Part shown: piece by piece, positions 11,601-19,686 of the stretch | Numbering within the stretch: position 1 is the stretch's first letter | Layout: each line of letters starts with the position of its first letter | NCBI GenBank assembly: GCA_964427425.1 | Contig: CAYRUD010000001.1 | Coordinates: 186,450-250,449, forward strand | Origin: an uncultured bacterium | GTDB taxonomy: Bacteria > Chlamydiota > Chlamydiia > Chlamydiales > FEN-1388 | Reading direction: 5' to 3' | Length of the DNA stretch: 64,000 bases | Program-made: the position numbers and the translations under genes | Notes under the pieces: generated by a model | Seen by the model: only the letters and a program-made list of their open reading frames with translations | Told to the model about the DNA's origin: nothing | Database searches by the model: none

Positions 11601-11663
11601 AAGGCCTTTTATCCACGAGCCAATCTTAGAGCTGCGGTCTTCTGTTGAAGGAATAGATGACAT
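8610..11663 (-). CDS. Insulinase-family (M16C, PreP-like) zinc metalloprotease
   Basis: HxxEH (AHVLEH), KYPVRDPFF, NAFT, GVVYNEMKG, IREQGGAYG, SYRDP. Position beside htrA matches the chlamydial CT824-type locus. Confidence 0.93.
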   Translation of the reverse strand: MSSIPSTEDRSSKIGSWIKGLQYGQFEVNRVTYLSELQAEIRELTHLPTGARVIHISTDDQENVFSLSFQTIPETSNGIAHVLEHCVLCGSKKYPVRDPFFSMTRRSLNTFMNAFTGADFTCYPAATQNEKDFYNLLDVYIDAAFNPILSEISFAQEGHRLEFETMDDPSSPLTIKGVVYNEMKGSLSNPMRRLMEAVSETLFPDSPYGKNSGGDPKEIPLLTVEDLRRFHKQYYHPSRCLFFFYGNLPLEKHLDYIQEKALSQATSLEKIAHGEIKSQRRFEAPRTKKILYPLSKDEDTERSAYYSLSWLTCPITDQLETLALTILDIILMETDASLLKKELIASKLCRQASSSLDTESKEIPYVLVMSGLQEQDTPKIRELVLETLKKIAQEGISQEHIEMALHQVQFDRSEIGSDGTPFGVILYMRAALLAHHGSDPLWGLSIHTLFNELREKISGDTQFFSRIIHKYFLDNSHRAEIVMTPSSTLAVQEVEEEKRTLEKKKASLTQEEKEKIVSFAKELERVQNEEDDSSCLPTISLDDVGRSARSIHLNHEEALIKQEDKNMASAPINLYTHETFTNNISYLDITIPLPYIPFSDMWIARLLTVLLPQLGAGLRTYDQMLEEAQKKTGGISIALNMNCQAHSTDEFHPSWHLRGKALDHNLESLAGLLFDILTSPRLDEKQRIRDIIEKHYTNLSNAFSSSALRYASLANIRRLHKPGALQEAWYGLSYFKKIEDLVKNYSTREKELYSSLERVLKCMLSMAHGVDIIATAGSQSLTRMREEALWGLLDLPTSHYTPWNSSDFALPSHGSSAEIYLIPQQVSFTSLAFPGVPYDNSKAPYLTLASRIMDNTVLHKRIREQGGAYGTGAYLQTSLSNFEFYSYRDPHISSTIKAFYEAIDAIHQGDFDSEDLEEAKLEMIQGFDSPISPGSRGEVAYGWKKEGKTYELRSAFREKILDATKEDIQSALIHHFPSQEVLQAQARIAICTGKELYLNEKKELQESGLTLNEETIL

Positions 11664-11811
11664 GTTGAGACGCCTTCTTTCGTAAGATCTTAAGTACATT
11701 CGTCTAAAAAGTAAGTTAACTTAGTAGTTGTACCATGTGAAGGCGTGAACTTTCACTATGAAATATTTCTTAAAGAGTTGTTGATTGAGCGGAAAAATAA
11801 GAGGAATTTAA

Positions 11812-11840
11812 AAGAAAGGGGCTTCAGTCGCCCCTTTCTT
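11812..11840 (-). terminator. Intrinsic terminator-like hairpin
   Basis: AAGAAAGGGGC-N7-GCCCCTTTCTT perfect 11-bp stem directly at the stop of ORF 11840..12616. Confidence 0.7.
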
Positions 11841-12616
11841 TAAGTAGATAAAATATCATGCCATTCGATGCTATCTTGATCGCTTTTGCCGCTTTTGCTT
11901 AGAGCGTCTGTTGCCTTTTTGTTAAGATTCTCGATTGTATTTTCAATTATTCTCTTAAAATAGTCGGGTATCTGCTTATCGCGATCCTCAAAGCTGAATG
12001 CAAAAGGACCGTTCGGGCATTTCTCAATTTTCAAGTGGGAAGAAAAATTTATTATCACGCCATAAAAGAAAGGTGTTAACTCGTTTTTTTCATCAGAAAT
12101 TCTTATGCTTGCTTCTCCGAGAGTTGTAGACTCGATCTCAGTTACTTCTCCATACTCACTAAATGAAAGGTAACTTTTTTGTATGCCCTTATCCATAGCT
12201 CGCGAATCGCCGAATATTTTATCTAGATTCGAAAGGATTCGTTCAGCATTGTCCTCAGATATAATCTTCTCTGGGTTTTTCTGAACTATGCCCTGTTGCT
12301 GATTTGTCTTCTGTGATCTCACCGTGGGCGCTTTGGATAAGAGTAAGAACTCAGCGAATCTTCTTCCTATATGATCCTGAGGGATCTCCCCATACTTTTC
12401 AGAGAGGAGATTATCTACCGTCTTTTTCTCGATATAGTGGCAGTTATTTTCCTTGTCTCGCACATAGTAAGCATTTCCAATAAGCCAATTGAAGAAACCA
12501 GCTATTTTTCCCATGCATTGAATCTTGTTAATTCCGTCTTCAATAGTTTTTTCTTTTTTGTTCAGGTTGAGAGACAAGTCAAAATGATGGGATGGAGAGA
12601 GGCCGAACAGTCTCAT
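11840..12616 (-). CDS. Hypothetical effector-like protein (N-terminal module shared with 46878..48266)
   Basis: 258-aa ORF with its own terminator; GINKIQCMGKIAGFFNWLIGNAYYV...YIEKKTV module. Confidence 0.7.
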   Translation of the reverse strand: MRLFGLSPSHHFDLSLNLNKKEKTIEDGINKIQCMGKIAGFFNWLIGNAYYVRDKENNCHYIEKKTVDNLLSEKYGEIPQDHIGRRFAEFLLLSKAPTVRSQKTNQQQGIVQKNPEKIISEDNAERILSNLDKIFGDSRAMDKGIQKSYLSFSEYGEVTEIESTTLGEASIRISDEKNELTPFFYGVIINFSSHLKIEKCPNGPFAFSFEDRDKQIPDYFKRIIENTIENLNKKATDALSKSGKSDQDSIEWHDILST

Positions 12617-12990
12617 AAGACCTTATCCTTTTTGTTGTATTCAAAGTTTGAGAGATATTCTATATTCATTCTCATAGTATATTAATATTTAACAGTAAAA
12701 GTTAATTTTAATTTTGAGTTGAGTTGATTCTGTTTACTCTAAAGATACGGGTATTACATTGAAGCTATAGTAATAGAAGACTCCCTTGTCTGAGAATTAT
12801 TCAATCCTGTGGGGGAAAAAGAGTCTTCGTTGATTTGATTCACTTCTTCGTGCCATACTGCCTCCTCTTTCTCTGAAATGAGAGGCCTGAGGGCCTTAAG
12901 TAAGTCTTCCATGAAAGTCTTATTTTCCTTATGAGAGATGAAAGAGGACTATAAGCTAAAATTTAAGAAAGCTTTAAAAAGATCACTATT

Positions 12991-13851
12991 ATGAAACGAA
13001 AGATTGCGTGGCCAAATGTGATGACGGCTCTAGGTCTCACAGCGGGACTTTTCATTATTTTCAAATTAGCTTTGCTTCCTCAGACAGAAGTTCATTACGA
13101 GCAATTCGCTTCCTGCTTGGGGCTTCTCTTAATTGCCGCTATTTTGGATACATTCGATGGAGCTTTAGCAAGAGCCATGCGGATAGAGAGCGACTTTGGA
13201 GGTTTTTTTGACTCCATGTCCGACGCAATCACGTTTGGGGTTGCGCCTTCCGTGATCATTTTAAAAGCTTTAAGTCCAACATCAGGAACCGAGCTTCAAA
13301 TCCTGCTTCTTGCGTCAGCGATTGCCTATTCCGTCGCCGGTGTTCTGCGGCTTGTCCGCTTTTCTACAGCGTATACGCCTCCAGAGCAGAAGGCTGTTTT
13401 TACAGGACTGCCAATTCCTGCAGCAGCTTTTGCCGTCTCATCTTTTGTTGTTTTTGGTCTCTTTTTAGAGAAAATCGGAAAACTCCCAGTTTCCTTAGAA
13501 GAATATGCGTGGATGACTTGTGGCGCACTCTTTTTCATTGCGTATATGATGATTAGCCGCTGGCGATTCCCAAGTTTGAAGTCGCTAAATGTTAAAATGA
13601 AGTCGTTTTATTTTATCGCGATCTTAGCGTGTTCGACAGCTCTTTTCTTCTTCCTCTTCGTGAATAATTTGCCTCAGACGATCTTCATCGCTTCATGGGG
13701 ATATATCACTATAGCTTGGTCACTCGCTCTTTATCGCCTCGCAAGAGGTCAAAGAGCGCTTGCGATCAATGATGCGATTGATGAAGAAGATCTCGAAGAC
13801 GATGATGAATCCTCTAAAGAAGAGATCAAAGAAGGGAAGAAAAGCCTCTAA
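12991..13851 (+). CDS. pssA: CDP-diacylglycerol--serine O-phosphatidyltransferase
   Basis: PNVMT; CDP-alcohol phosphotransferase motif DTFDGALAR...SDFGGFFDSMSDAITFGVAP; RLVRF; GLPIPAAA; multiple TM helices. Confidence 0.88.
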   Translation: MKRKIAWPNVMTALGLTAGLFIIFKLALLPQTEVHYEQFASCLGLLLIAAILDTFDGALARAMRIESDFGGFFDSMSDAITFGVAPSVIILKALSPTSGTELQILLLASAIAYSVAGVLRLVRFSTAYTPPEQKAVFTGLPIPAAAFAVSSFVVFGLFLEKIGKLPVSLEEYAWMTCGALFFIAYMMISRWRFPSLKSLNVKMKSFYFIAILACSTALFFFLFVNNLPQTIFIASWGYITIAWSLALYRLARGQRALAINDAIDEEDLEDDDESSKEEIKEGKKSL

Positions 13852-14599
13852 GTGATGCGATAATAATTCCCCAAACCTGGGTATGTTGAGAGGCTGCTTT
13901 CTTCGATTGAAAGAAGGAGCTTGTATGTGAGTAAGGGCTTGGCTTGAACCGCACCACATCTCCTTCATCAAAGAAGTGGCCGATGATACTTTCCTTGTCA
14001 GTTGTCGCTAAGACGAGCTCACCCGGCATGATATCTTCTGTCGGCTCAACAATAATGATATCTCCAGGTAGCAAATGCTCATTCGTAAAAGATGTATCTT
14101 GGATGAGTAGCCCATAAAAGAGAGGGTGGGAAGCCTTCTCAGCATGGGGAAGAAGAGGTAGTGAGAGCGGTTTTGGCTGCAAGAAGAGCTCTGGCGCCTT
14201 ATTTCCCGAGACAGTACCAATGATCTCAACTTCATGGCCCTGATTTAGTACGGTTTCCGGTTCATCTCTGAAGCTCGAGCTTTTTCGGCTCTCTTTGTCT
14301 GATTTGTTCCGCTCGGAGTTTTCTTGGGTAAGACAGATCGATCTCCATGTCCTCTTTGATGGACGAGCAAGATGTCCTTTCTTTTGCAGCTCCCGTATCA
14401 GACGGTGAACCGCGCCAAGAGATTTATATCCAAAACGTGTCATCAATTCTCGATATGATGGAGCATATCCATTTAAACGGATTGACTCCTCTATCTCATC
14501 GAGTAATTTCTTCTGAGTTCGTGTCAGATGACGTGCCTGTGATGCCTCATCTCCTGAAGAAAGAGTGTATATATGAGCTGTATCGTCAATCATGATCAC
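13826..14599 (-). CDS. lexA: LexA-like repressor (winged HTH plus degenerate S24 domain)
   Basis: LTRTQKKLL...GYAPSYREL...GYKSLGAVHRLIRELQKKGHL matches the LexA DNA-binding domain; the C-terminal S24-like fold is recognisable but degenerate. Confidence 0.75.
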   Translation of the reverse strand: MIMIDDTAHIYTLSSGDEASQARHLTRTQKKLLDEIEESIRLNGYAPSYRELMTRFGYKSLGAVHRLIRELQKKGHLARPSKRTWRSICLTQENSERNKSDKESRKSSSFRDEPETVLNQGHEVEIIGTVSGNKAPELFLQPKPLSLPLLPHAEKASHPLFYGLLIQDTSFTNEHLLPGDIIIVEPTEDIMPGELVLATTDKESIIGHFFDEGDVVRFKPSPYSHTSSFFQSKKAASQHTQVWGIIIASLRGFSSLL

Positions 14600-14635
14600 G
14601 TCTCCTTTTCTACACTCTTCATGAGGAGGGCTTTT

Positions 14636-15436
14636 TTAATCGTCATCTATAGAAGAATCTTCCGGACTCTTTCGTTTTCGGATCAATGTCCAGAAGAAAT
14701 CGAGGAAAAGCGCTGTATACCACATGATCACAAATGACGCGAGCCCATCAGTAAAGAAATGTCCGCCTTCTAAAACTCGTGAGATAGTGAGTGCTCCACC
14801 TAAGATGAGGCCTAAAGAGAGTCCGCTCCAAAGGAGCCATCGATTTCGCCATCTACGGCCTAAGAAATAAAAGGCAAAGAAGTAATACCCCATGGTTGCA
14901 TGTCCAGATGGCATCGATCGAAGTCGATCTTCTTTATTTATTAATGGCCCAGTATATGGAGTTGTCGCCCGAGTATAAGGATAATTCCCGCCAAATTCGT
15001 GCACTTGCCGTGGCCTTGGCCTGACAAAATTTTCTTTAAATATTCCGTGGGCAATGAGCCCTGATCCGATCGATAAGGTGAGGAAAAGATAAAGGCTTGC
15101 AAACCAGTAGGACTTTCTTCGGTAGCGCTTATAGATAAGACCGAATGCTGTGCCAAATGCGGCGATTAAGAAGAGGATTTGACCAGGGATCAGCCCCCAG
15201 GTATACATGATTGTACACCAAGAGGGAGGGTGGAAGAGGCCATCTTCTTTGCTGAAGGTCAATCTCGATAGGTACATATCGATTGATTCAAAGAAGGGAT
15301 AAATAAGCCCTAAGAAGACAAGAGGCGCCAAGACAGGAATGAACCAACTTCTCGCTTCTCTTAACCTTGAGCGTCTACACATGACATCGTTCTTCGAAAA
15401 GGAATGTTCATCTGTAGGGTGATTTTTAAAATCCAT
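14636..15436 (-). CDS. PAP2-family membrane phosphatase (lipid phosphate / lipid A phosphatase-like)
   Basis: KENFVRPRP (C1), SMPSGH (C2), SRVLEGGHFFTD (C3); several TM helices. Confidence 0.88.
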   Translation of the reverse strand: MDFKNHPTDEHSFSKNDVMCRRSRLREARSWFIPVLAPLVFLGLIYPFFESIDMYLSRLTFSKEDGLFHPPSWCTIMYTWGLIPGQILFLIAAFGTAFGLIYKRYRRKSYWFASLYLFLTLSIGSGLIAHGIFKENFVRPRPRQVHEFGGNYPYTRATTPYTGPLINKEDRLRSMPSGHATMGYYFFAFYFLGRRWRNRWLLWSGLSLGLILGGALTISRVLEGGHFFTDGLASFVIMWYTALFLDFFWTLIRKRKSPEDSSIDDD

Positions 15437-15764
15437 TGAGGGTGCTCGACAAGACTAATATTGGAAAGGTTCTGTATGGAAGATAGCTATTTTCTTCACG
15501 AGACTCTTTCTTGTGAATGCCAAACCTTTTTTATGGTAAATAATATATCTTCTATTGCTTTTGAAAAAAACACGTTTTAAGTTCTTCCCTTTTTAGAAAC
15601 GTATCCATTCAATCTTTCTCTATACAGATATTCCAAAAATGGGGAGCGGTAAGCAGTAAAGAAGAGCTTTTTTCGACAGAAGGGCTCTATAATTGCTTGT
15701 ATACTATTGGCTGGTATGCCTTCATCATTCAAAGCCGGTAAAATATATATTTCTGAGAGAAGAA

Positions 15765-17135
15765 ATGAGTGACTCTTCAAGTATCGTAGTTATCATAGTT
15801 AGTATTTGCGCTGGTATCGGTATTGCCCTATTGCCATCGAGTATGTGGATAGTATCCCTTCGCGAAAAATTGCGATTTCTCATCCAAGAAAAAGAGAGAA
15901 CATTTGAAGAGAATATCAAACTTCAAGAGGAAATATCGCTTCTTGAGAAGGCGCTCAAATCAACAGAGATGGAGCTTGTGGAGGCTTCAAAAGAAAGAGA
16001 GCTTCTTTATCAGTCGCAAAAGAATTTAGAAGAGGTCTTGGCTCAGACAAAAGAGCAGCTCGTTGAGAAGATGAAAATATTATCTCAAGAGGCGCTTCAT
16101 TCTTCGCAAAGTCATTTTCTCTCAATGGCAAAGGCTCATTTTGAAGAGAGTCAAAAGAGGTTTCACTCTGATTGCGCCTTAAGAGATGAAAAGATGGGCG
16201 GTATCATAAATCCTCTGAAGAGCGCTTTAGATGCTATGGACAAGAAAGTATCTGAAATCGAGATGGCAAGAAAAGAGGCTTTCGGCGGACTTATCGAGAA
16301 TATCAACAAGCTATCGCAAGAAACTTCCTTCCTGTCGAAAGCGTTGAGGCACCCTTCTGAGAGAGGAAAGTGGGGAGAGGTTCAATTAAAGAGACTTGTG
16401 GAGATGGCAGGTCTTATTGAGAGATGTCATTTTACAGTCCAGGAGACTTCTGAAGACGGTCTTTTAAGAGCCGATATGGTGATCACACTTCCTAATGAAC
16501 GAAAGATCATTATCGATGCTAAGGTGCCGCTTGAAGCGTATATTAAATCTCTTGAGGCTCCGACAAAAGAAGTTCAAGATCGAGAGGCTCTCGTTCATGC
16601 CGATCAACTTGAAAAGCATGTCAAAGCGCTTGCCGATAAGAAATATTGGGAAAAGTATAAGGGCGCAATTGATTTCATTGTGCTCTTTTTGCCATCAGAG
16701 GCGCTTCTTTTGACAGCTCTTTCAAAGCGCTCGGATCTCGTTGAGAGGTCTCTTGATAAGAATGTCCTCATTGCGACACCGTCTACCTTAATGGCCCTTT
16801 TACATGCGGTGCATCAGGGGTGGCGAGAAGCTCGAGTCGAGCGTGATATTAAAGATATTCTGATGCTTGCTAAAGAGTGGTTTGATCGTTGTTCTGTATT
16901 TGTAAAGCATCTCCAGGCGACAGGAAAATCGCTAGAAACCACAGTACTGAACTATAATAAGTCAATTAATTCGTTTGAAAGTCGCTTCCTCGTCACATTG
17001 AGGAAATTGGCGAAAGACCAGCAGCTCGCCTCAGGACAGACATTTGATGAACTCGAGCCATTGTCAATACCTATAGCTCAAGTGAATGAAGCTTCTGATG
17101 AGCTTGACTGCCTTCCCGAGCTTCAAGCGAAATAA
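15765..17135 (+). CDS. rmuC: DNA recombination protein RmuC
   Basis: N-terminal TM plus coiled coil; RGKWGEVQL, RADMVITLP, IIDAKVPL, YWE, DFIVLFLP, ATPSTLMALL. Likely ATG at 15765. Confidence 0.92.
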   Translation: MSDSSSIVVIIVSICAGIGIALLPSSMWIVSLREKLRFLIQEKERTFEENIKLQEEISLLEKALKSTEMELVEASKERELLYQSQKNLEEVLAQTKEQLVEKMKILSQEALHSSQSHFLSMAKAHFEESQKRFHSDCALRDEKMGGIINPLKSALDAMDKKVSEIEMARKEAFGGLIENINKLSQETSFLSKALRHPSERGKWGEVQLKRLVEMAGLIERCHFTVQETSEDGLLRADMVITLPNERKIIIDAKVPLEAYIKSLEAPTKEVQDREALVHADQLEKHVKALADKKYWEKYKGAIDFIVLFLPSEALLLTALSKRSDLVERSLDKNVLIATPSTLMALLHAVHQGWREARVERDIKDILMLAKEWFDRCSVFVKHLQATGKSLETTVLNYNKSINSFESRFLVTLRKLAKDQQLASGQTFDELEPLSIPIAQVNEASDELDCLPELQAK

Positions 17136-17148
17136 CTGGATGTAAAGG

Positions 17149-17733
17149 ATGACTTATATCCTAAAAGGTGAATTCTCAATAGAGGTTCCATTTTATGACC
17201 CTCATTTCTCATTTCACTTTGACACTATCTCAATGAAGGTAGTTCGAGAAGGCGCATCTTTTCGACTTGTCTCTATTGAGCTTATAAATGACCGTATATC
17301 TTCTCAAAGGCAGTGTGACTTCGTATGGAAAGCTGAAGTCAACTCTCATGAAAGAGATGGTTTAGAGGCTAAAGAGTGGATCGTCAACCATGTTATACCT
17401 CTGTACTATCGCGCATTGAGGGGAGAGGTTATATCTTTCGAAGATCTAGAGCGTATTATTCAATCCTGCCAGTATCCTCAGCTTTTCTCTTTAGGAGATA
17501 TCTGTCCTTTTGGCAGGACTATTTCATATAGTGAATTGACACTCGCTTTTGGATATCCGCTGACGCATGTTCGATATGTGGCTCGGATGCTCGCTCAAAA
17601 TAAATACGCTCTTCTTATCCCTTGCCATCGAGTAGTTCATAAGCAAAGTCGAGCTATGCCACGATATCAGTGGGGAAGCGGTATCAAATTAGCTCTCCAA
17701 GAGTTTGAAATGAAAAGCAAACCATCTATATAA
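17149..17733 (+). CDS. Methylated-DNA--protein-cysteine methyltransferase family (Ogt-like)
   Basis: IPFG-like ICPFGRTISYSEL, active-site IPCHRVV, YQWG...K...LQEFE. Confidence 0.8.
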   Translation: MTYILKGEFSIEVPFYDPHFSFHFDTISMKVVREGASFRLVSIELINDRISSQRQCDFVWKAEVNSHERDGLEAKEWIVNHVIPLYYRALRGEVISFEDLERIIQSCQYPQLFSLGDICPFGRTISYSELTLAFGYPLTHVRYVARMLAQNKYALLIPCHRVVHKQSRAMPRYQWGSGIKLALQEFEMKSKPSI

Positions 17734-17937
17734 TTATAATTTTAATGATATAATGAAAGGAGGAGGAGAAAGTATATCCTTCACCCTTCAAAAGCTTTTT
17801 CTTTGTTAAAATTTGTTTTGAAAAGTATTTCGTTCTACTGCTTTACTGCCCTCTATGATCTCCTTTCATCTTCTATCCGAAAAAGCGGAGGATAAGGAGA
17901 GGATTTTATTCTCTTACTACAGAGAGAGGCGATTCAT

Positions 17938-18177
17938 ATGAATCCGATGAATACAGATAAAGATAAGTTATTAGAACGTATCGCCCAGCTTGAGTTTCAA
18001 AACGATCAGCTGACGGCAGAGCTTGAATATGTCGATCAGCTCCTTCGTTCGGTTGGCTTTGCTGATGGATTGAATTCAGTAAAATCAGCAGCTCAAGAGC
18101 TGAAAGAGTATGAGCGTCAGCAAGATATGCGATTCGAAGATGGCCTTCCTGATGAGCCTCCTGGATTAGATGAATGA
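17938..18177 (+). CDS. Small coiled-coil hypothetical protein
   Basis: 79-aa ORF with GAGAGG upstream; heptad pattern LLERIAQLEFQNDQLTAELEYVDQLL; acidic tail. Confidence 0.7.
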   Translation: MNPMNTDKDKLLERIAQLEFQNDQLTAELEYVDQLLRSVGFADGLNSVKSAAQELKEYERQQDMRFEDGLPDEPPGLDE

Positions 18178-18203
18178 TCTTTCTTTAAGTCGAAGTATTT
18201 GAT

Positions 18204-18256
18204 AGGGCCTTCTTCTCGGTACGCTTTCTTGTAAAGTGCCCTGAGAAGAAGGCTCT
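18204..18256. terminator. Long hairpin between convergent genes
   Basis: GCCTTCTTCTC (18207-18217) / GAGAAGAAGGC (18243-18253) perfect 11-bp arms with further internal pairing. Confidence 0.6.
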
Positions 18257-18267
18257 TTTCTTGCAAT

Positions 18268-19533
18268 TTACTCTGAGTAATTTTGATACGCTTCAAGGAT
18301 ATCTTGGTCTTTCTTGAGAGTATTATCCAAAGAGTCATAGAGGAAGCCTCGGTGCCGAACTGCCATGAGTGCAAGCTCCTTGTTTTTCTTTAGCTCTCCT
18401 GAAAGATAGCTAAATGCGAAGGGGTCTTGATGTACTGCCTTATAAGCTAGAGAAATATACTCAGGATCTTGAGGCTTTAAAAATTGAATTGAGAGCGGAG
18501 CTATGAGCAAAATCTCTTTGATAAAACTCTGATTTTCACACAGCGTTTTTCCTATTACAGCTATTTGTTCTAGACCGCAAGAGATTCTCTTTAAGGCAAA
18601 AGTAACTATTTGAGGATCATTCTTCAGACTCTCATCAGCAAATTGAAGAGCGTTTGCTTGCCCACTTATGATCTCTAACATAAATTGTTTATTCCTCAAA
18701 AGCCCTGTTGCAGGCGAGACGTATTGAAGGGCGAGCGAATTTCGATAAGCAGCCATGCGAGCATAGGTAATATATTCAGGATCATGATGGTTGAGAAGCT
18801 GGATCGCGAAAGGAGCGAGCGCAATCGATTTTTTAATGAAATATTGATCTTTTTGAAGAGTCTCTCCGATAAGATCGATCTTATCTTCATCGATCAGTGC
18901 CTTTTGAAGCGCAATTGTAACGATCTCTGGATCATTTCTCAATGAAGCGTGAGCATATGTAAGAGCTCTCGCGTCCTGATTTATTGCCGCGATTACAACA
19001 GCTTTATCACTCTTAAACTCCTCTTCGATATTTTGAAGTGATGTCCAGTCTTGAGTTACCTTATCTATAGCTTGTCTATGAGCTGAGTCAAAGAATTCGT
19101 AGCTTTTAGGCTGAGACTGGAAAAGAGGAGCTTGAGGTGAGATGATATGTCGTATCCAGCTAGATTCTTGTTGTTCGAGGAGCTCCTCACTATTTTTAAA
19201 GAAATAAGAGCTGAATGAAGCTAGTTTACTTTGAATCGATCGCTGGAGCTCATCACTTTGAAAGTCATGTAAATGAATAATCTTTTTATCTTTAAATCCA
19301 TTGAGCGCGCGATCCCATAAGTCTCGCATTGACTCAGCAAAAAGCGCCAACCCTGCGGAAAGAACTGTTGCGATACAAGCTAAAGCGACGTATGTCACTT
19401 TTTCGCTCACTGAGAGAAGGTCTTTCTTTGTAATTGCCTCAATACTGCCTTCGTCTCTTTTCCTAATTCCAAGATAGGAATCACTGGGGTAGATACCATT
19501 TAGAGAGTGTGTTACTGAAATACATGCCGACAT
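18268..19533 (-). CDS. DUF4116-repeat protein with N-terminal hydrophobic module
   Basis: Repeats of the type ALTYAHASLRNDPEIV, ALQFADESLKNDPQIV, LSGELKKNKELALMAV. Confidence 0.75.
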   Translation of the reverse strand: MSACISVTHSLNGIYPSDSYLGIRKRDEGSIEAITKKDLLSVSEKVTYVALACIATVLSAGLALFAESMRDLWDRALNGFKDKKIIHLHDFQSDELQRSIQSKLASFSSYFFKNSEELLEQQESSWIRHIISPQAPLFQSQPKSYEFFDSAHRQAIDKVTQDWTSLQNIEEEFKSDKAVVIAAINQDARALTYAHASLRNDPEIVTIALQKALIDEDKIDLIGETLQKDQYFIKKSIALAPFAIQLLNHHDPEYITYARMAAYRNSLALQYVSPATGLLRNKQFMLEIISGQANALQFADESLKNDPQIVTFALKRISCGLEQIAVIGKTLCENQSFIKEILLIAPLSIQFLKPQDPEYISLAYKAVHQDPFAFSYLSGELKKNKELALMAVRHRGFLYDSLDNTLKKDQDILEAYQNYSE

Positions 19534-19567
19534 AACTAATTAGCCTAATTTTAGTTTTTAGTTTGTA

Positions 19568-19595
19568 GTTATAATCGGCTATGAAATCATTGCAA
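19568..19595 (-). promoter_or_regulatory. Putative sigma66/sigma70-type promoter for 18268..19533
   Basis: Minus strand TTGCAA-N16-TATAAC, 35 nt upstream of the ATG. Confidence 0.45.
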
Positions 19596-19620
19596 TTCAG
19601 TAATTTGGTAATGAGAAAGA

Positions 19621-19653
19621 GCTTACTGGAACCTCATAAAAATTCCAGTAAGC
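19621..19653 (-). terminator. Hairpin downstream of 19687..21105
   Basis: GCTTACTGGAA-N11-TTCCAGTAAGC perfect 11-bp stem. Confidence 0.55.
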
Positions 19654-19686
19654 ATGTGGAAGAAAGACTTAAAAATTTCTCTTTCT

